Assembly: GCA_977017645.1 (NCBI GenBank)
Contig: OZ360220.1
Coordinates: forward strand, 157,852,001 to 157,916,000
Origin: Torpedo marmorata
Taxonomy: Eukaryota
Direction of reading: 5' to 3'
DNA: 64,000 bases
In this document: positions 51,033-62,813 of the stretch, in pieces
Position numbering within the stretch: the stretch's first letter is position 1
Layout: every line of letters begins with the position of its first letter
Notes under the pieces: model-generated
Told to the model about the DNA's origin: nothing
Database searches by the model: none
Seen by the model: the letters and a program-made list of their open reading frames with translations, nothing else
Translations under genes and position numbers: made by a program

Positions 51033-51419
51033 TGTGGCGGCCCGCCACCGCGGCGATCGAGCCGGCGCTCCAGGCGGCGAGCGCAACCAAAGGCCAGCAG
51101 CCCGCGCAACGGCACTGGCCCCAACAAGCAAACCGGCGGGTGAACAGCAAGGGCAACTTAAAGGCCAGCGACCCCAAAATGGCGCTGGCCTTGCTGCACA
51201 GCCAACAGACAGGAACAGCGCGCGGGGAAGAAGGGTATTGTTATGCAGGAAAGTACCCGCGCGCGGGAAACCCGCTTTTATTATGCATGTTGTGACGTCA
51301 GCAAAAGGAAGCGGGAACAAGTCAAATATAAAAGTCGGACTTGAGCCCTAATAAAAACTAAGAGCTTAACCTGACTACACTACGTGGGTGTGTCTTCTTT
51401 CGAGTAGTGCGCGGCTACA
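51033..51419 (+). repeat. 5' LTR
   Basis: TGTGGCGG...GGCTACA; CRE TGACGTCA at 51293-51300, TATAAAAG at 51327-51334, AATAAA at 51350-51355. Confidence 0.93.
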
Positions 51420-51421
51420 AT

Positions 51422-51435
51422 TGGTGACCCCGACG
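51422..51435 (+). other. Primer-binding site complementary to tRNA-Trp 3' end
   Basis: TGGTGACCCCGACG is the reverse complement of vertebrate tRNA-Trp ...CGTCGGGGTCACCA; it starts 2 nt after the LTR. Confidence 0.88.
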
Positions 51436-53707
51436 GTTCTAAACCCAGCGATGAGCGAACAGGCAGCAGTCAACACGGTCGCTCTCAAGCTGAGGCACAG
51501 TTTCAGATCCGGCAGATCACAGCAGAATCCACCCGGTACTACCACGTGGTGAGCACCCTGGACCAGGACACAGCAGGCTGGGTGGCCAACTTCATCCAGG
51601 AACCCCCATCGGAAGGCACGTACACCGCCTTCAAGGACTTACTGATCGAGACCTTCGGGCTCTCACGGTATGAGAGAGGGGCACGTCTGCACCACCTGGA
51701 CGGGCTAGGGGACAGGCCCCTGTCAGCCCTCATGAACGAGATGCTGGCCTTCCTGGGCAAACACGAGCTCTGCATCATGTTCGAGCAGGCATTCTTGGAG
51801 CAACTGCCCGAGGACATCCAACTGCTCCTGGCTGACGTGGATTTCAGCGACGTGGGGATGATCAATTTCTATCACAGGTTCATCCCCTCAGCTGCCCGGA
51901 TCATGCGGCTCTTGTTCGCTCGGATGGCAGGCAAGGCGAAGGACATCACCTGGGACGAGGAGTCAGTGGAAGCCTTCGTGAAGGTCAAGGAAGCCCTGGC
52001 GGATGCCGCTCTCCTGGTACATCCCAGGTCAGACGCTCCAATGGCCCTGACAGTGGATGCCTCAGGAACGGCGATCGGCGGAGTTCTGGAGCAGCAGATC
52101 GAAGGAAGTTGGCGGCCATTGGCTTTCTTCAGCAAACATCTGCGGCCTCCAGAACTGAAGTACAGCACTTTCGACAGAGAGCTACCGGCGCTGTACTTAG
52201 CCATCCGCCACTTCAGGTACTTCCTAGAGGGCAGGTCCTTCACGGCTTTCACAGATCACAAGCCCCTGACTTTCGCCTTGGCTAAGATCTCGGACCCCTG
52301 GTCGGCCCGCCAGCAACGACACCTGTCTTACATCTTGGAGTACACCACAGATGTAAGACACGTCTCCATTAAGGACAACGTGGTGGCCGACACACTGTCC
52401 AGGCAAAGTATCCACGTGCTGTCAAGGGGAGTGGACTTCGTGGCACTGGCGGAGGTGCAGCAGAAAGACGAGGAGATGTCCCAGTACAGGACTGCCATAT
52501 CGGGACTGCAGCTCCAGGACATCCCAGTCGGCACAGGTAACACCACCCTCCTGTGTGACGTGGCCACCGGTCAGGTCAGACCCATCGTCCCGGCGGCTTG
52601 GAGACGACAGGTTTTCGACTCCATCCACGGACTGGCTCACCCATCCGTCAGGACCACGGTCCGGTTGGTGGCCAGCAAATACGTATGGTATGGATTGTGG
52701 AAACAGGTCAGCAGGTGGGCAAAGGCATGCATGCAATGTCAAAACAACCAAGGTACAGCAGCACACCAAGAACCCACCTCAGCACGTCGAGCCCGCAGAA
52801 CGAAGGTTCGACCACATCCAAGTGGACATAGTAGGACCCTTGCCAGTATCCCAGGGTTTCCGTTATCTGTTCACGATGGTCGACTGCTTCACCAGGTGGC
52901 CAGAAGCAGTCCCGCTGGCAGACACATCCACAACCTCGTGCGCCAGGGCCCTCATCTCGTCCTGGGCGGCACAGTTCGGGTTACCATCCCACATCACATC
53001 CGACAGAGGGGCCCAGTTCACCTCCAGTCTGTCGTCTGACTTCGCCAGCCTGTGGGGTGCCCAGCTGCATCACACAACAGCTTACCACCCACTGTCCAAT
53101 GGATTGGTGGAGCGCTTCCACAGGCACCTCAAGACCGCGCTCATGACCAGACTCCAAGGTCCCAACTGGGTAGACGAGCTACCATGGGCGCTGTTGGGCA
53201 TCCGCACGGCACCCAAGGAGGACCTCAACACCTCTTCGGCCGAACTCGTCTTCGGAGCTCCACTGGTGGTCCCGTGAGAATTCGTACCATCCCCAGGCGG
53301 GCAGCAGGACGACTCTGCAGCATTCCTCAGCAGGCTAAGGGAAAGAGTCGGCAACCTGACCCCGATTCCACCTTCCAGGCACGGACACGCGAGGACCAAC
53401 ATACCCAGAGACCTGCAGGACTGTGAGTATGTTTTCATTCGCAGGGGTCCACATCGTCCACCACTTCATAGGCCATACAAGGGTCTGTTCCGGGTCATCC
53501 GCAACAACGGGGCCACGTTCGAGCTGGTGGTCGGAGGCAAGACGGAGGTCTTCACCACAGACAGGCTGAAGCCGGCACACCTGGACCCGACGCGCCCGGT
53601 CGAGACACCAGCACCACGCCGAAGAGGCAGGCCACCGAAGGCAGCAGAGACTTTGCCTCCGGGCACCAAGGACAATACCGCCGGTTCTGGGGGGGGGGTG
53701 GGGGTCA

Positions 53708-54104
53708 TGTGGCGGCCTGCCGCGGCGGCGATTGAGCCAGCGCTCCGGGGGGGGGGGGAGCGCAACCAAAAGCCAGCAGCCCGCGCAGTTGCACTGGCCC
53801 CAACAAGCAAACCGGCGGGTGAACAGCAAGGGCAGCTTAAAGGCCAGTGACCCCAAAATGGCGCTGGCCTTGCTGCACAGCCAACAGACAGGAACAGCGC
53901 GCGGGGAAGAAGGGTATTGTTATGCAGGAAAGTACCCACGCGTGGGAAACCCTCTTTTGTTATGCATGTTGTGACGTCAGCAAAAGGAGGCCACGTCGGG
54001 AACAAGGCAAGTATAAAAGTCGGGCCTGAGCCTTAATAAAAACTCAGAGCTTAACCTGACTACACTACATGTGTTTGTCTTCTTTCGAGTAGCGCACGGC
54101 TACA
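53708..54104 (+). repeat. 3' LTR, preceded by a G-rich polypurine tract (~53689-53704)
   Basis: Collinear with the 5' LTR, roughly 90% identical by eye, with small indels. Confidence 0.93.
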
Positions 54105-54239
54105 GTACCACCAAAAGTGCAGTCGTTAGATAGTTCTGCACTGGATCTTCAGTCTTGCATTTTATCCCATACCTTCTGACTCGAGAGGACACCGGAACTG
54201 ATTGATAACCACAGAAGTACATTTCAAGGCATACCTTAA

Positions 54240-54975
54240 TGCTGGAGAATGAGACACAGAGATGTACCCCACCATGGGCTTTATCTACATCTTCCACTGC
54301 TTTAGGAAAGGCAACCAACATATTGAAGGACCCATCACACCTTCAACGTGCTCTCATCTCCCTCCTCTCATCAAACAGAGTTTCCAAGCCATGCCATGAT
54401 GCAACCACTCAGTATACTTTCCACAGTCCACCAGTTGAAGTTTGAAAGAATATTCAACAACATGCCAGGTCTCCTCAGACTTATTAGAAAGTAGAGGCAC
54501 TGGTGTGCCTTCTTCACGGTTACCTCGATGTACTGGCTCCAGGAGAGGTCCTCCGTTACGTGGACTCCCAGGAACTTGAAGGAACTAATGATCCACCACC
54601 GTCCCATCAGTGAAGACAGGTGCATGGTCCCTTGGCTTCCCCTTGGTAAAGTCAACAATAATCTCCTTGGTCTTGCTGACATGGAGAGCAAGATTTTGTT
54701 CGGGCACCACACAGCCAGATTCTCAATCCTATATTCTGACAAATTACCCGTTATTTGGTCGACAACGGTGGTGTCATCAGCAAATCTATAGATTGCGTTG
54801 GAGCTGAACTTGGTAATACAGTTGTGAATGTTGAGGGAATAGAGCAGGAGACTAAGTACGCAGCCTTGAGGTGCCCCTGTGTTGATGGTCAATGAGGAGG
54901 AGGTGATGTTTCAAATTCGCACCGATTGGGGTCTGCTGAAGAGAAAATCAAGCAACTGATTACACGAGGGTAAAC
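54240..54975 (-). mobile_element. Old Rex1/Babar LINE fragment with an inverted sub-segment
   Basis: ORF 54371-54892 [22 protein letters not shown]. Segment ~54245-54375 is the downstream Rex1 sequence on the + strand. Confidence 0.75.
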
Positions 54976-56404
54976 AGAATCATTAGGTGACTACCTAAAT
55001 GAACAACTTTCAGTGGTTTCCTGTCTCCCAGAGGGAAAGTAATGAAGAGTTCTTTCATGTCACGTAAATGTTTTGACCTCTAAAAATTCATCATCTCAAC
55101 ATTTACATTTTGTTGCCCATTCCAACCTTCCTTCCCAACCCCTCTCTCAAGCTTTCCCATTGGAATTATTATGATTAATGCAACCTAGCGTTGGGAGTAT
55201 TCTTATTTCAGTCTGGGGGGAGAGTGTTTCCGATGCAAGAACTCTCTTCCAATGCAACAAATCAGATTCACTTCTATGTTCCAGTGAATTGACCTCTGGA
55301 AAATTACAGCCCTACACCTTTAGCAGGCTATGTATGACCTGTTTCATTACACATACTTGTCAAGAGCCAGAATGAAGGAAAGAATTGAATTTCTGTCGTG
55401 CCTTTTCTGGCATCATGACATACATTTGAAATGCAGTCCAGAATGCTCATGTGTAACTTAAAGCAGGTTTGAGATACTGGTTTTAATGTGGCAGAGTGAG
55501 GGTTATTGTTCAGTGGCTGTAACAGTCAATTATGAGTGATTATTAAACCTCCATGATTGATTCACAAAATGCTGTCGTCTTTAGTGACGTAGATGTAAAA
55601 TCAGCAACCGCGAAGCTTCCCAATCTTACCTTGGATTGCAAATGTTAGGCCATCAGCTGCCTAGTTCTCGGTGTTTGAGAAGTTTAAAATTATGCAAACA
55701 GTCATGTGCCAGAGGTGCCCTTGAGGGTTTTACTCCCTGAATTTCCAGCAGTTACTCTTCGTTAGGAGCCTGGTGATGTTTAATAAGGAGGTTGGGCTGC
55801 TGGCACCTCCAGTGCTTATTTGTTCTTGGAGGGCTCCGGGGCTGCTGCAGTAAGCAGATCGGCCAGAGCTGATCATTACAAGGGCATGCGCTGCTATGAA
55901 TAAAAATGTCACAGGATTTCTGTCCTAAGCAGTAGAAAATGTCATTCCTGTCAAGCAGATGTTACAGGACTAGCGTGTAGTCAGTGCAAATTGGTTGGTT
56001 GCATGTTCCCTGAGTTTTTGACATTCTTAGATTAAGTCTGAAGAGAAAACAATGTTGACCTATTTATCTGTTATTGCTGATGTATATTCTTTTTTGCATG
56101 AAAAGGCATTTGTCAAATACTAATTAAATTTTTTTTAGAAAAAAAGTGAAGTAACGGTGATTTGTTCGTGCTGACAGCAAGTATTTGACTAACCAATACA
56201 AGTGGGTGACTTGCAGGTGCTTTTAGTTATCCTAGACACTGATAATGAGGGTTTTAAATGGCTCACGGATTGTCCAGCTAGGGCCACGTTTATTGCTTTC
56301 TTCCCAACTATCTGAAGGAGGACAAATCCAAACAACATTGTTTATTGGTGGTTGAGACGAAGGAATGGGAAGTGAAAATCTGAATGTTTATGTTGCCTGT
56401 CACA

Positions 56405-56720
56405 TCCCTTTCAGAACATCCCAAGACAGTTCACAGCCGATGAAGTATTTCTGAAATGAAGTCACAGTTGTCACGCATGATTTGTGGGCAGCAAGCTCCC
56501 ACAAGCAGCATTGTGATCATTCCTAGATCATCTGTATAATTGAATGAGGAGTGGATTTTGGCTAGGGTACAAGGATCACTCTCTGGCCCCTTCTCAATAT
56601 ATGCCAGAGAATTTTCTACATCCATCGGAGGGAGTGGGTGAAAACTTGGTTCATCAAATCTTCCAAATAATGGCGCCTGGCACACTGCAGAACTCCCTTG
56701 GTCTCCTGTAGGGTGGCAAC
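56405..56720 (-). mobile_element. Deu-domain SINE (SacSINE/AmnSINE-related), old
   Basis: GCAGCAAGCTCCCACAAGCAGCATTGTGAT and CACAGCCGATGAAGTATTTCTGAA are reverse complements of remembered Deu-domain core and tail motifs. Confidence 0.65.
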
Positions 56721-57220
56721 CTAGAATTTTGTGCTGACCCTCAAAATTTGGCCAGAAATACTGCCAGCTGATCTATGGCTGACATCGGTTTGAGGCAAGC
56801 CACAATGGATAGTACTGAACCAGAATAAGTGAATTATCTGGCAGGGTGAGTTGGCTTTCTCTTTCTTCAATAAATGTACCTCCAGACCTCTGAGCTTAAA
56901 CAAGGAGGTACATTTGTACAAGGAAGCAAGCAGTCATATATAAAGTGAAAAATGTGAGAACAGAATATAAAGTGTCAGAATAAAAACTTAAATATTAGGA
57001 ATATGTTGCAATTCATTCCCTTTGAACTGTCCCTTGTAAGATCCTTTGACAATGCTGTTGGGAATATAGTGAATGTACATTGGTTATTGTACATTGGCAA
57101 TTGACATGCAGAAGTTAGTGAATGCAGGGGTTTGTGTAAGGCAGTGGATGCAAGCTGCATCATGCCCTCCATTTTATGGACATTGCATGCACGTGTTCAC
57201 CAAGGATGCATGTGCAACTA

Positions 57221-57984
57221 CAGGTAGTCCTCGACTTACGACCGTAATTGGGACCGAAGGAGTGGCCGTAACTCGGATTGGTCGTAAGTCGGATTCATCC
57301 TACCACGCATATCTGCTACCACCCCCACTACCACCACCATCAACATTATTTTCAGTTTAAAGCCTTGTTTCCAGCTCTAGTTGTTTGTATTTACTTGGAT
57401 TCTAGTCCTAGCTAATTCAAGGGAAACCCATCCTTATGGAACAGCTCTTCCTTTCTCCATTTCAACCATCAGTGATCCATAAATGGATACCTTTCACCCC
57501 CGCCCCCTATTTTTGGCCCCAACCGTCCACCGATCTGAGCTCCCGACGCCCCAACCGCCTGCCCATGTGAGCTCCCGACGCCTCGGCCACCCGCCCCCCG
57601 GAGCTCCCGATGCCCCTGACTGCGGATCCTTGCCTGGGCCGCCCGTCCATCCGAGCTCCCGACGCCCCGAACATGTCTTCGTTACCCATAATCCCCCATG
57701 CAGCTGGAACCGCTCTGCATTTCCCTGGCACTGGCAGAGCGGTTCCAGCTGCGTGGGGGATTATGGGTGATGAAGACGGCCATTGATCCCGCATTGTAAC
57801 AATGCTTTATTGAAACCCCGATTTAGTGCGACCCCGCTTTTTTCGCGATGCGATTTTTATGAACTTCAAGTAAATACTGTAATAAAGAATCTCAACATAT
57901 ATACAATACTTTTAATATAAAAAAAATTTGGTCATATGTGCGGGTGGGCGTAACTCGCTTAGGTCGTAAGTTGAGGACCACCTG
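57221..57984. mobile_element. Tigger/pogo-type (Tc1/mariner superfamily) non-autonomous DNA transposon
   Basis: TIRs CAGGTAGTCCTCGACTTACGACC / GGTCGTAAGTTGAGGACCACCTG; TA duplication at 57219-57220 and 57985-57986. Confidence 0.88.
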
Positions 57985-60329
57985 TACCGCACTCTCCAGA
58001 GGCTGCCAGGTTTGAATTCCTGCGCACACCAGAGTAAATGTTGAGGGAGCCAATGCAATCTAATTGCCTTGTTTCTGCTGACTGTGTAATTGAAGCATCA
58101 TTGGCATTAACCAGAATTTTAACAACCAGGAAAGATCTACACTCATTTTAATATTTTTCTTTAAGGACATTCCACTGTGTATTTCTACTATTTTCCTTCT
58201 ATTTTAGTTCAGTGAGGTTTAGACAGCACATTTGAGGTTGAGCTTGTTTGTAGTACAGTGTCCATTTGGTGGCTTTGTCCTGTGATCCTTAACTCTCTGA
58301 TGCATACTCAGCAGAATTTCTGTCTCCTGCAGGTTTGATCTTGCCTCTATGATGTGCTGGTAAGATTCAACTGCAATCTGCTAGAAAGAAATTGATTTCT
58401 AGCTTGAAGATCTGGCCAAGTTCTGCAGCAGTGGGATATCTGCCAAGATATGCCACTGCGCATTTAGGCTTTTAAGTTTTTCTTTGCACAACAAGTTGCT
58501 GAAAGTGGGGGCTGATGACTCGTAAGGCCTTGGGAAACTAAGTGATGAGCACAAGGAACCATGTGCCTCCTTAACCAATGGAGAATTGCAAGATTGGCAG
58601 CATCGGCAATGAGCAAAATCTAAATTAGGGTGTGTGGTCCAGGTACCTCTAGGTAACTAGGCCGAGGGAAAGAATGGAGAAAAAAACAGAATTGTAGTAA
58701 AATAGAATGAGAGATAGAAAAGAAAAGGTTGAAAGTTTATATTTAAAAAAACTAACAATTTAAACCTGAAAATAATGAATTTCCACACTTGGAGTCTATA
58801 ATCTACTGTTTCATAGAGATGATTTGGAAGTAATTGATAAATCAAGAAAAGGGCACTTAGTCTGGAATGTACAACTCTTGATTTTCCCTGCCAAGCTTAG
58901 TTTGCATCTATAGTGCAAATACAGCAATGTTATTGCATTCATTGCGTTCCCCAACTCAAATTATACCTTTGGACTTCTGAGCACCTACACAGCAAGGTTG
59001 TGGGAGGAGCGAAGACATGGAGTGACTCCACAGTAATAGCATGCCCAAGCACATTTTAATAATCACTTAAAAGAGTCTCATAATGACATTCAGACCATTG
59101 AGCAGGCTCTGCTCACAATATTATTTTTAACTAAATCCAATTTACCTTATTATTGACTGGAAAGGTGTGTAATTTGGCATTTTCTGTGATCTAAAGGTGA
59201 GGCATTTCCAATGGAGAGAGGAGATTACCTGGTAACTTGTGTTGGGCAACCTGTATAGCCTTATTGGACACCAGGTTAAAGAAACATTTATACTGTCAGA
59301 GGGGGTCTTCTGCGCATGAGAAGGAACAAATTAGATATTAAGAACAAATGAGGAAAATATAAAGGAACTAAAAACTTTGACAAAGAAAATCATTCTCCCA
59401 TAACCTCACCTCTCAGACCATTGCTTGCTAAAATAGAATTAATTTGATGAAATGCTTGGAGTGAATAAGAAGGTCTGTGTAGCTGCAACCATCAGTCTGC
59501 AGTAATTTCACTTGATTAGTTTGTGTTCCAAAACTATGAAGGTATATTGCTGGATGTATTCTGGTTCATGAACTCCAAATCTACATTTCCTTGACTGTTG
59601 CACTGACTGGTATAATAAAATAAAGACCAGGGCAGATCTGTGACTTGTAGCTAAATTAAATTTTTATTGTTGCAGAAATTTGGATGATGTGTATGCAGCC
59701 TTTTCTTTTAATCTACCACACTTCACTGAGTATCCCCGCTATTAGGGCAGTGGAGCTGCTATTAGCACTACTGCAGTGACTGTGATTCACAGACTGAGGC
59801 AGATTACTAATAAATCCTTTCAAGCATCAGTAAAAATACACATTTTTTTCTTCAGGTTTTATTGGTAAGCTGCTTATTGTAAAAATTAATTACCGTTGCT
59901 TATGTTAATGTTTTAAATGATTCTTCTCATATTTATAACACTGAATTATAAAGTAGAACACTATGAATGCAGAACTTTGGGTCATTTGTGTGAAAGCTTG
60001 ACTTAAGGGGCAACAAAATTATTAGCATTTTGATACCCAAAATACAGCTTTGTCCTCCACAAATTTGATTAAATTCAGATGAATTCCGACCCTCTGCAGT
60101 TTGTTGTTGAAGACTCAAAGTGTGGCCATAGTAGTTGGGAGGTGTGGCAAAAAAATGTCAGACAATTCCTCCCGTGAACAGGCTCTTCACTTTCCGATGA
60201 GCAGGGTGGATTGTGTGAAAACCCCTGTTTCCTTTTTGTATTTGAAACTCCCTCGAATCTTCTTCAGCAGAGACTGCCCTATGGATAAATCACACTAAAT
60301 AGTTCATCAAAACACCTTGGATAGTTAAC

Positions 60330-60945
60330 AAAAACAGACTCAGTGGGTCAAGTGGTATCTGTGCAGGCAAAAAGTGGGAGTTGACTTTTTGTTTCAGAAC
60401 TGAGAAGAAAGATTGCCAGTGTTTAGCAGTGTAGGGGAAGGGTTGTTAGAGGCTAATAAGTGATAGGTGGAGGGGTTGATGAGCAGATGGAGTTGGGTGG
60501 GGAGGAGGGGGTGGGACAGACACTGGTGGGTGATAGGTGGAAAATGATAGGGAGGGGTCGATGGACAGATGGGGTCAGGTGGGGAGGAAGGGTGGGACTG
60601 ACACTGTTGGGTGTTGGGGGGACTGGATGGGGACGGGTTAATCAGCAGATGGAGAGAGGGATGAACAAAGGGATAATGAAGGAAATGCGTCTTCAGGCTT
60701 CACAAACTATAGCAGAGGGGAAGCCATGGTTTAGGAAGAAGCAGGGTATGAGGAAGAACAGATGGATGGTTCAATAGTAACAGAGTGGGCAAGTGATGTG
60801 GAGACAACAAAGGGGTTCAGGTGATGCAATCTGATAAGTAAGGAAGCTGATGTGGAGCCAGATAAGGGAGGGATGATGGACAGATGGGACAGTGAGGAGA
60901 GGAGACAGGGGACCGAGTAGGTTGAGTGTGTAGGTGATAGTGATC
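60330..60945 (-). mobile_element. Old Penelope-derived terminus with G/A-rich low-complexity tract
   Basis: ACTCAGTGGGTCAAGTGGTATCTGTG start followed by purine-rich GGTGGGGAGG repeats, as in 6460-6720 and 34560-34730. Confidence 0.5.
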
Positions 60946-61304
60946 CTTTTCTCTGGCCCGCACTCACAGCTAATGTGTCATTCCATTTATTTAAAAAAAT
61001 CCAGTTCCTTAAATTGTCTTTCCTGTTGCACTCTTTGATTGAAGCAGTCCAGGCTGTGGTTCCCTTAAAAATCAACTTGCTGGGAAGTGAGAAGCCAGCA
61101 TTCTATCTTCAGCAGTGAATGAAGTACAAAGCCTCCTCGTGTTTAAACTTGCATTTATTTGCTGAAAATCACCTGATGTCTGTGCAAGGCAGGAGCTGGT
61201 GCTGAAGGCAGTGCCCCAATGAGTGCCACTCAAGCAGCTCATTCTTTCCCCCATGCTCCCAGCCGGCATAGGGAGAGCAGTGAAAGAGGGCTATCGTCAG
61301 AATC

Positions 61305-61430
61305 TCCACAAAGGGTCCCAACGTGAAATGTTGACTGACCGTTTCTATCTATGGATGCTGCCTGTCCTGTTGAGTTCCTCCAGCAGCTCCTTGTGTGCTC
61401 CAGATTCTAACAGCTGCAGTGTTTGCATTT
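61305..61430 (+). mobile_element. Penelope-derived terminal fragment
   Basis: AAGGGTCCCAACGTGAAATGTTGACTG...GGATGCTGCCTGTCCTGTTGAGTTCCTCCAGC. Confidence 0.65.
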
Positions 61431-61481
61431 GTCTGCATAGCTATTTTGTGTGTGGTTGATTTAAGAACATAAGAAAATGGG

Positions 61482-61790
61482 ATAGGAGTAGGCCACTTGG
61501 CCCCTCAAGCCTGCCCTTCCATTCATCGTGATCATAGCTGATCTGCACAAGGCCTCACCTCTTTTTCTGTGCCGGTTCCCCGTGGTCCTTAATTCCCTGA
61601 TCTTTTGAAGATTTATATACTTCCTCTTTAAATATTCCTCAATGATCCAGCCTCCACAACCCTCTGTATAGAAGTGTCTGTGTACCTCTTTGTCAATGAC
61701 TGTACCTTTGATTCCACATTCCCTCATATGAAACTTGTAGAAACATCTACCCTGTCGTGCCCCCTTAGGATCTCATTGTTTCAATTAGGG
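61482..61790 (-). mobile_element. CR1 3' fragment
   Basis: TAAGAACATAAGAAA..GGAGTAGGCCACTTGGCCCCTCAAGCCTGC..ATCATAGCTGATCT. Confidence 0.75.
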
Positions 61791-62753
61791 AAGCAATTGC
61801 TAAAGTTTTAAACTTTTGAACAAAATTTAGAAGAAGTGGATTCTGTGACCATATTAGGAGTAACAAATGGAGAGGAAATGGTCATGAAGTGGACAGATTG
61901 GGCCTTATTGCAAAGTAAGGGTGAGTGGGGAGAGTTGAGGTAAAAATGTGTGCTCCACAGCTGATGTATGGAAGTTAGACAATATCACATTTTAGCGGAG
62001 GGCTTTATCAACGTTCTGGTTTAAAGTCATCTCTCTCACCCCAGAGATTTGAACTCTTGCAAACACAGCAATCTGGCTAAAACTGACAGATGAAGAAACA
62101 ATACAAAAATGCAAAAGATAACAAAAATCCAAGTCAGATATTTCAACTTTGGTCATTTCAGTTTTGAGAACCAGCAAGAGTTGATGCTTTGAAAAATGGA
62201 CGTCCAACACAGTAACATAAGAATTGACAGATCCGCATGTGAGCATGACAGAATTAGAAAAGCAATCCAAATAAATTCCATTCAGGAAAGTTTCAAGTCT
62301 TATGCATACAAAACTAAACAGATTTAAATCATGATGTCTGCAGGAGCTACTAATGTGATAACCACCATCCTCTTAATTTGAATAAAAATAATTGTAGAGT
62401 TCTGCAGTTTTACATGGAAGTGGCATATCTTACAAAGTTATGCATATGTATGAAAGAATTCTCCACTGTGGATTCTGACTGTTTGTTTCTTTATTCTTGC
62501 TCTTTAATTAGATAATGCCCTTCCAAAAATTGGTACAGGATAAATTATTTAAAAATATGTAAGAGTTTGTTTTAGCTGGAGCCTATAGTGTCAGATCAAA
62601 TTCTTCATATCAGTATACAGATCCAGGATAATGATCTCCCAATATGTGCAAATTTCAAGTTTGTGTTTTATTGTAAGCTGCTTTCTATGTTTTTACTTTT
62701 AATTGAATTGAAGGGTACTTTGTTCTGATGTTTAAGTTTCCACTTTGATACAG

Positions 62754-62813
62754 CCAGAGAGAGTCCCTCCACCTCGCCCACCTCCTCCAAAGATAAACAG
62801 TGCTACTTCACCC
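62754..62813 (+). CDS. dennd1a: Probable alternative DENND1A exon (PERVPPPRPPPPKINSATSP), proline-rich
   Basis: tttccactttgatacag| ... CCC|gtgagt; 60 nt, phase 0-0, open. Resembles the RPPPKI-containing cassette remembered in long mammalian DENND1A isoforms after HFGQ. Confidence 0.75.

Larger units (their letters stand above)
51033..54104 (+). mobile_element. Ty3/Gypsy LTR retrotransposon, internally deleted (gag fragment fused to RNase H + integrase; protease and RT core missing)
   Basis: LTRs TG..CA at 51033-51419 and 53708-54104; TSD GTAC (51029-51032 / 54105-54108). RNase H VDASG, YSTFDREL, FTDHKPL; integrase HGLAH..C..CQ, HIQVDIVGP, ITSDRG, NGLVER; GPY-like motif. Confidence 0.95.

Noticed and set aside
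57537-57666. Spaced GAGCTCCCGACGCC repeats superficially resembling a CRISPR array
   Set aside because: Vertebrate DNA, 14-nt repeats, mutually similar spacers, no cas genes; this is a minisatellite inside a MITE.
60460-60777. Gly-rich 105-aa ORF
   Set aside because: Low-complexity purine tract of a decayed Penelope-derived repeat.
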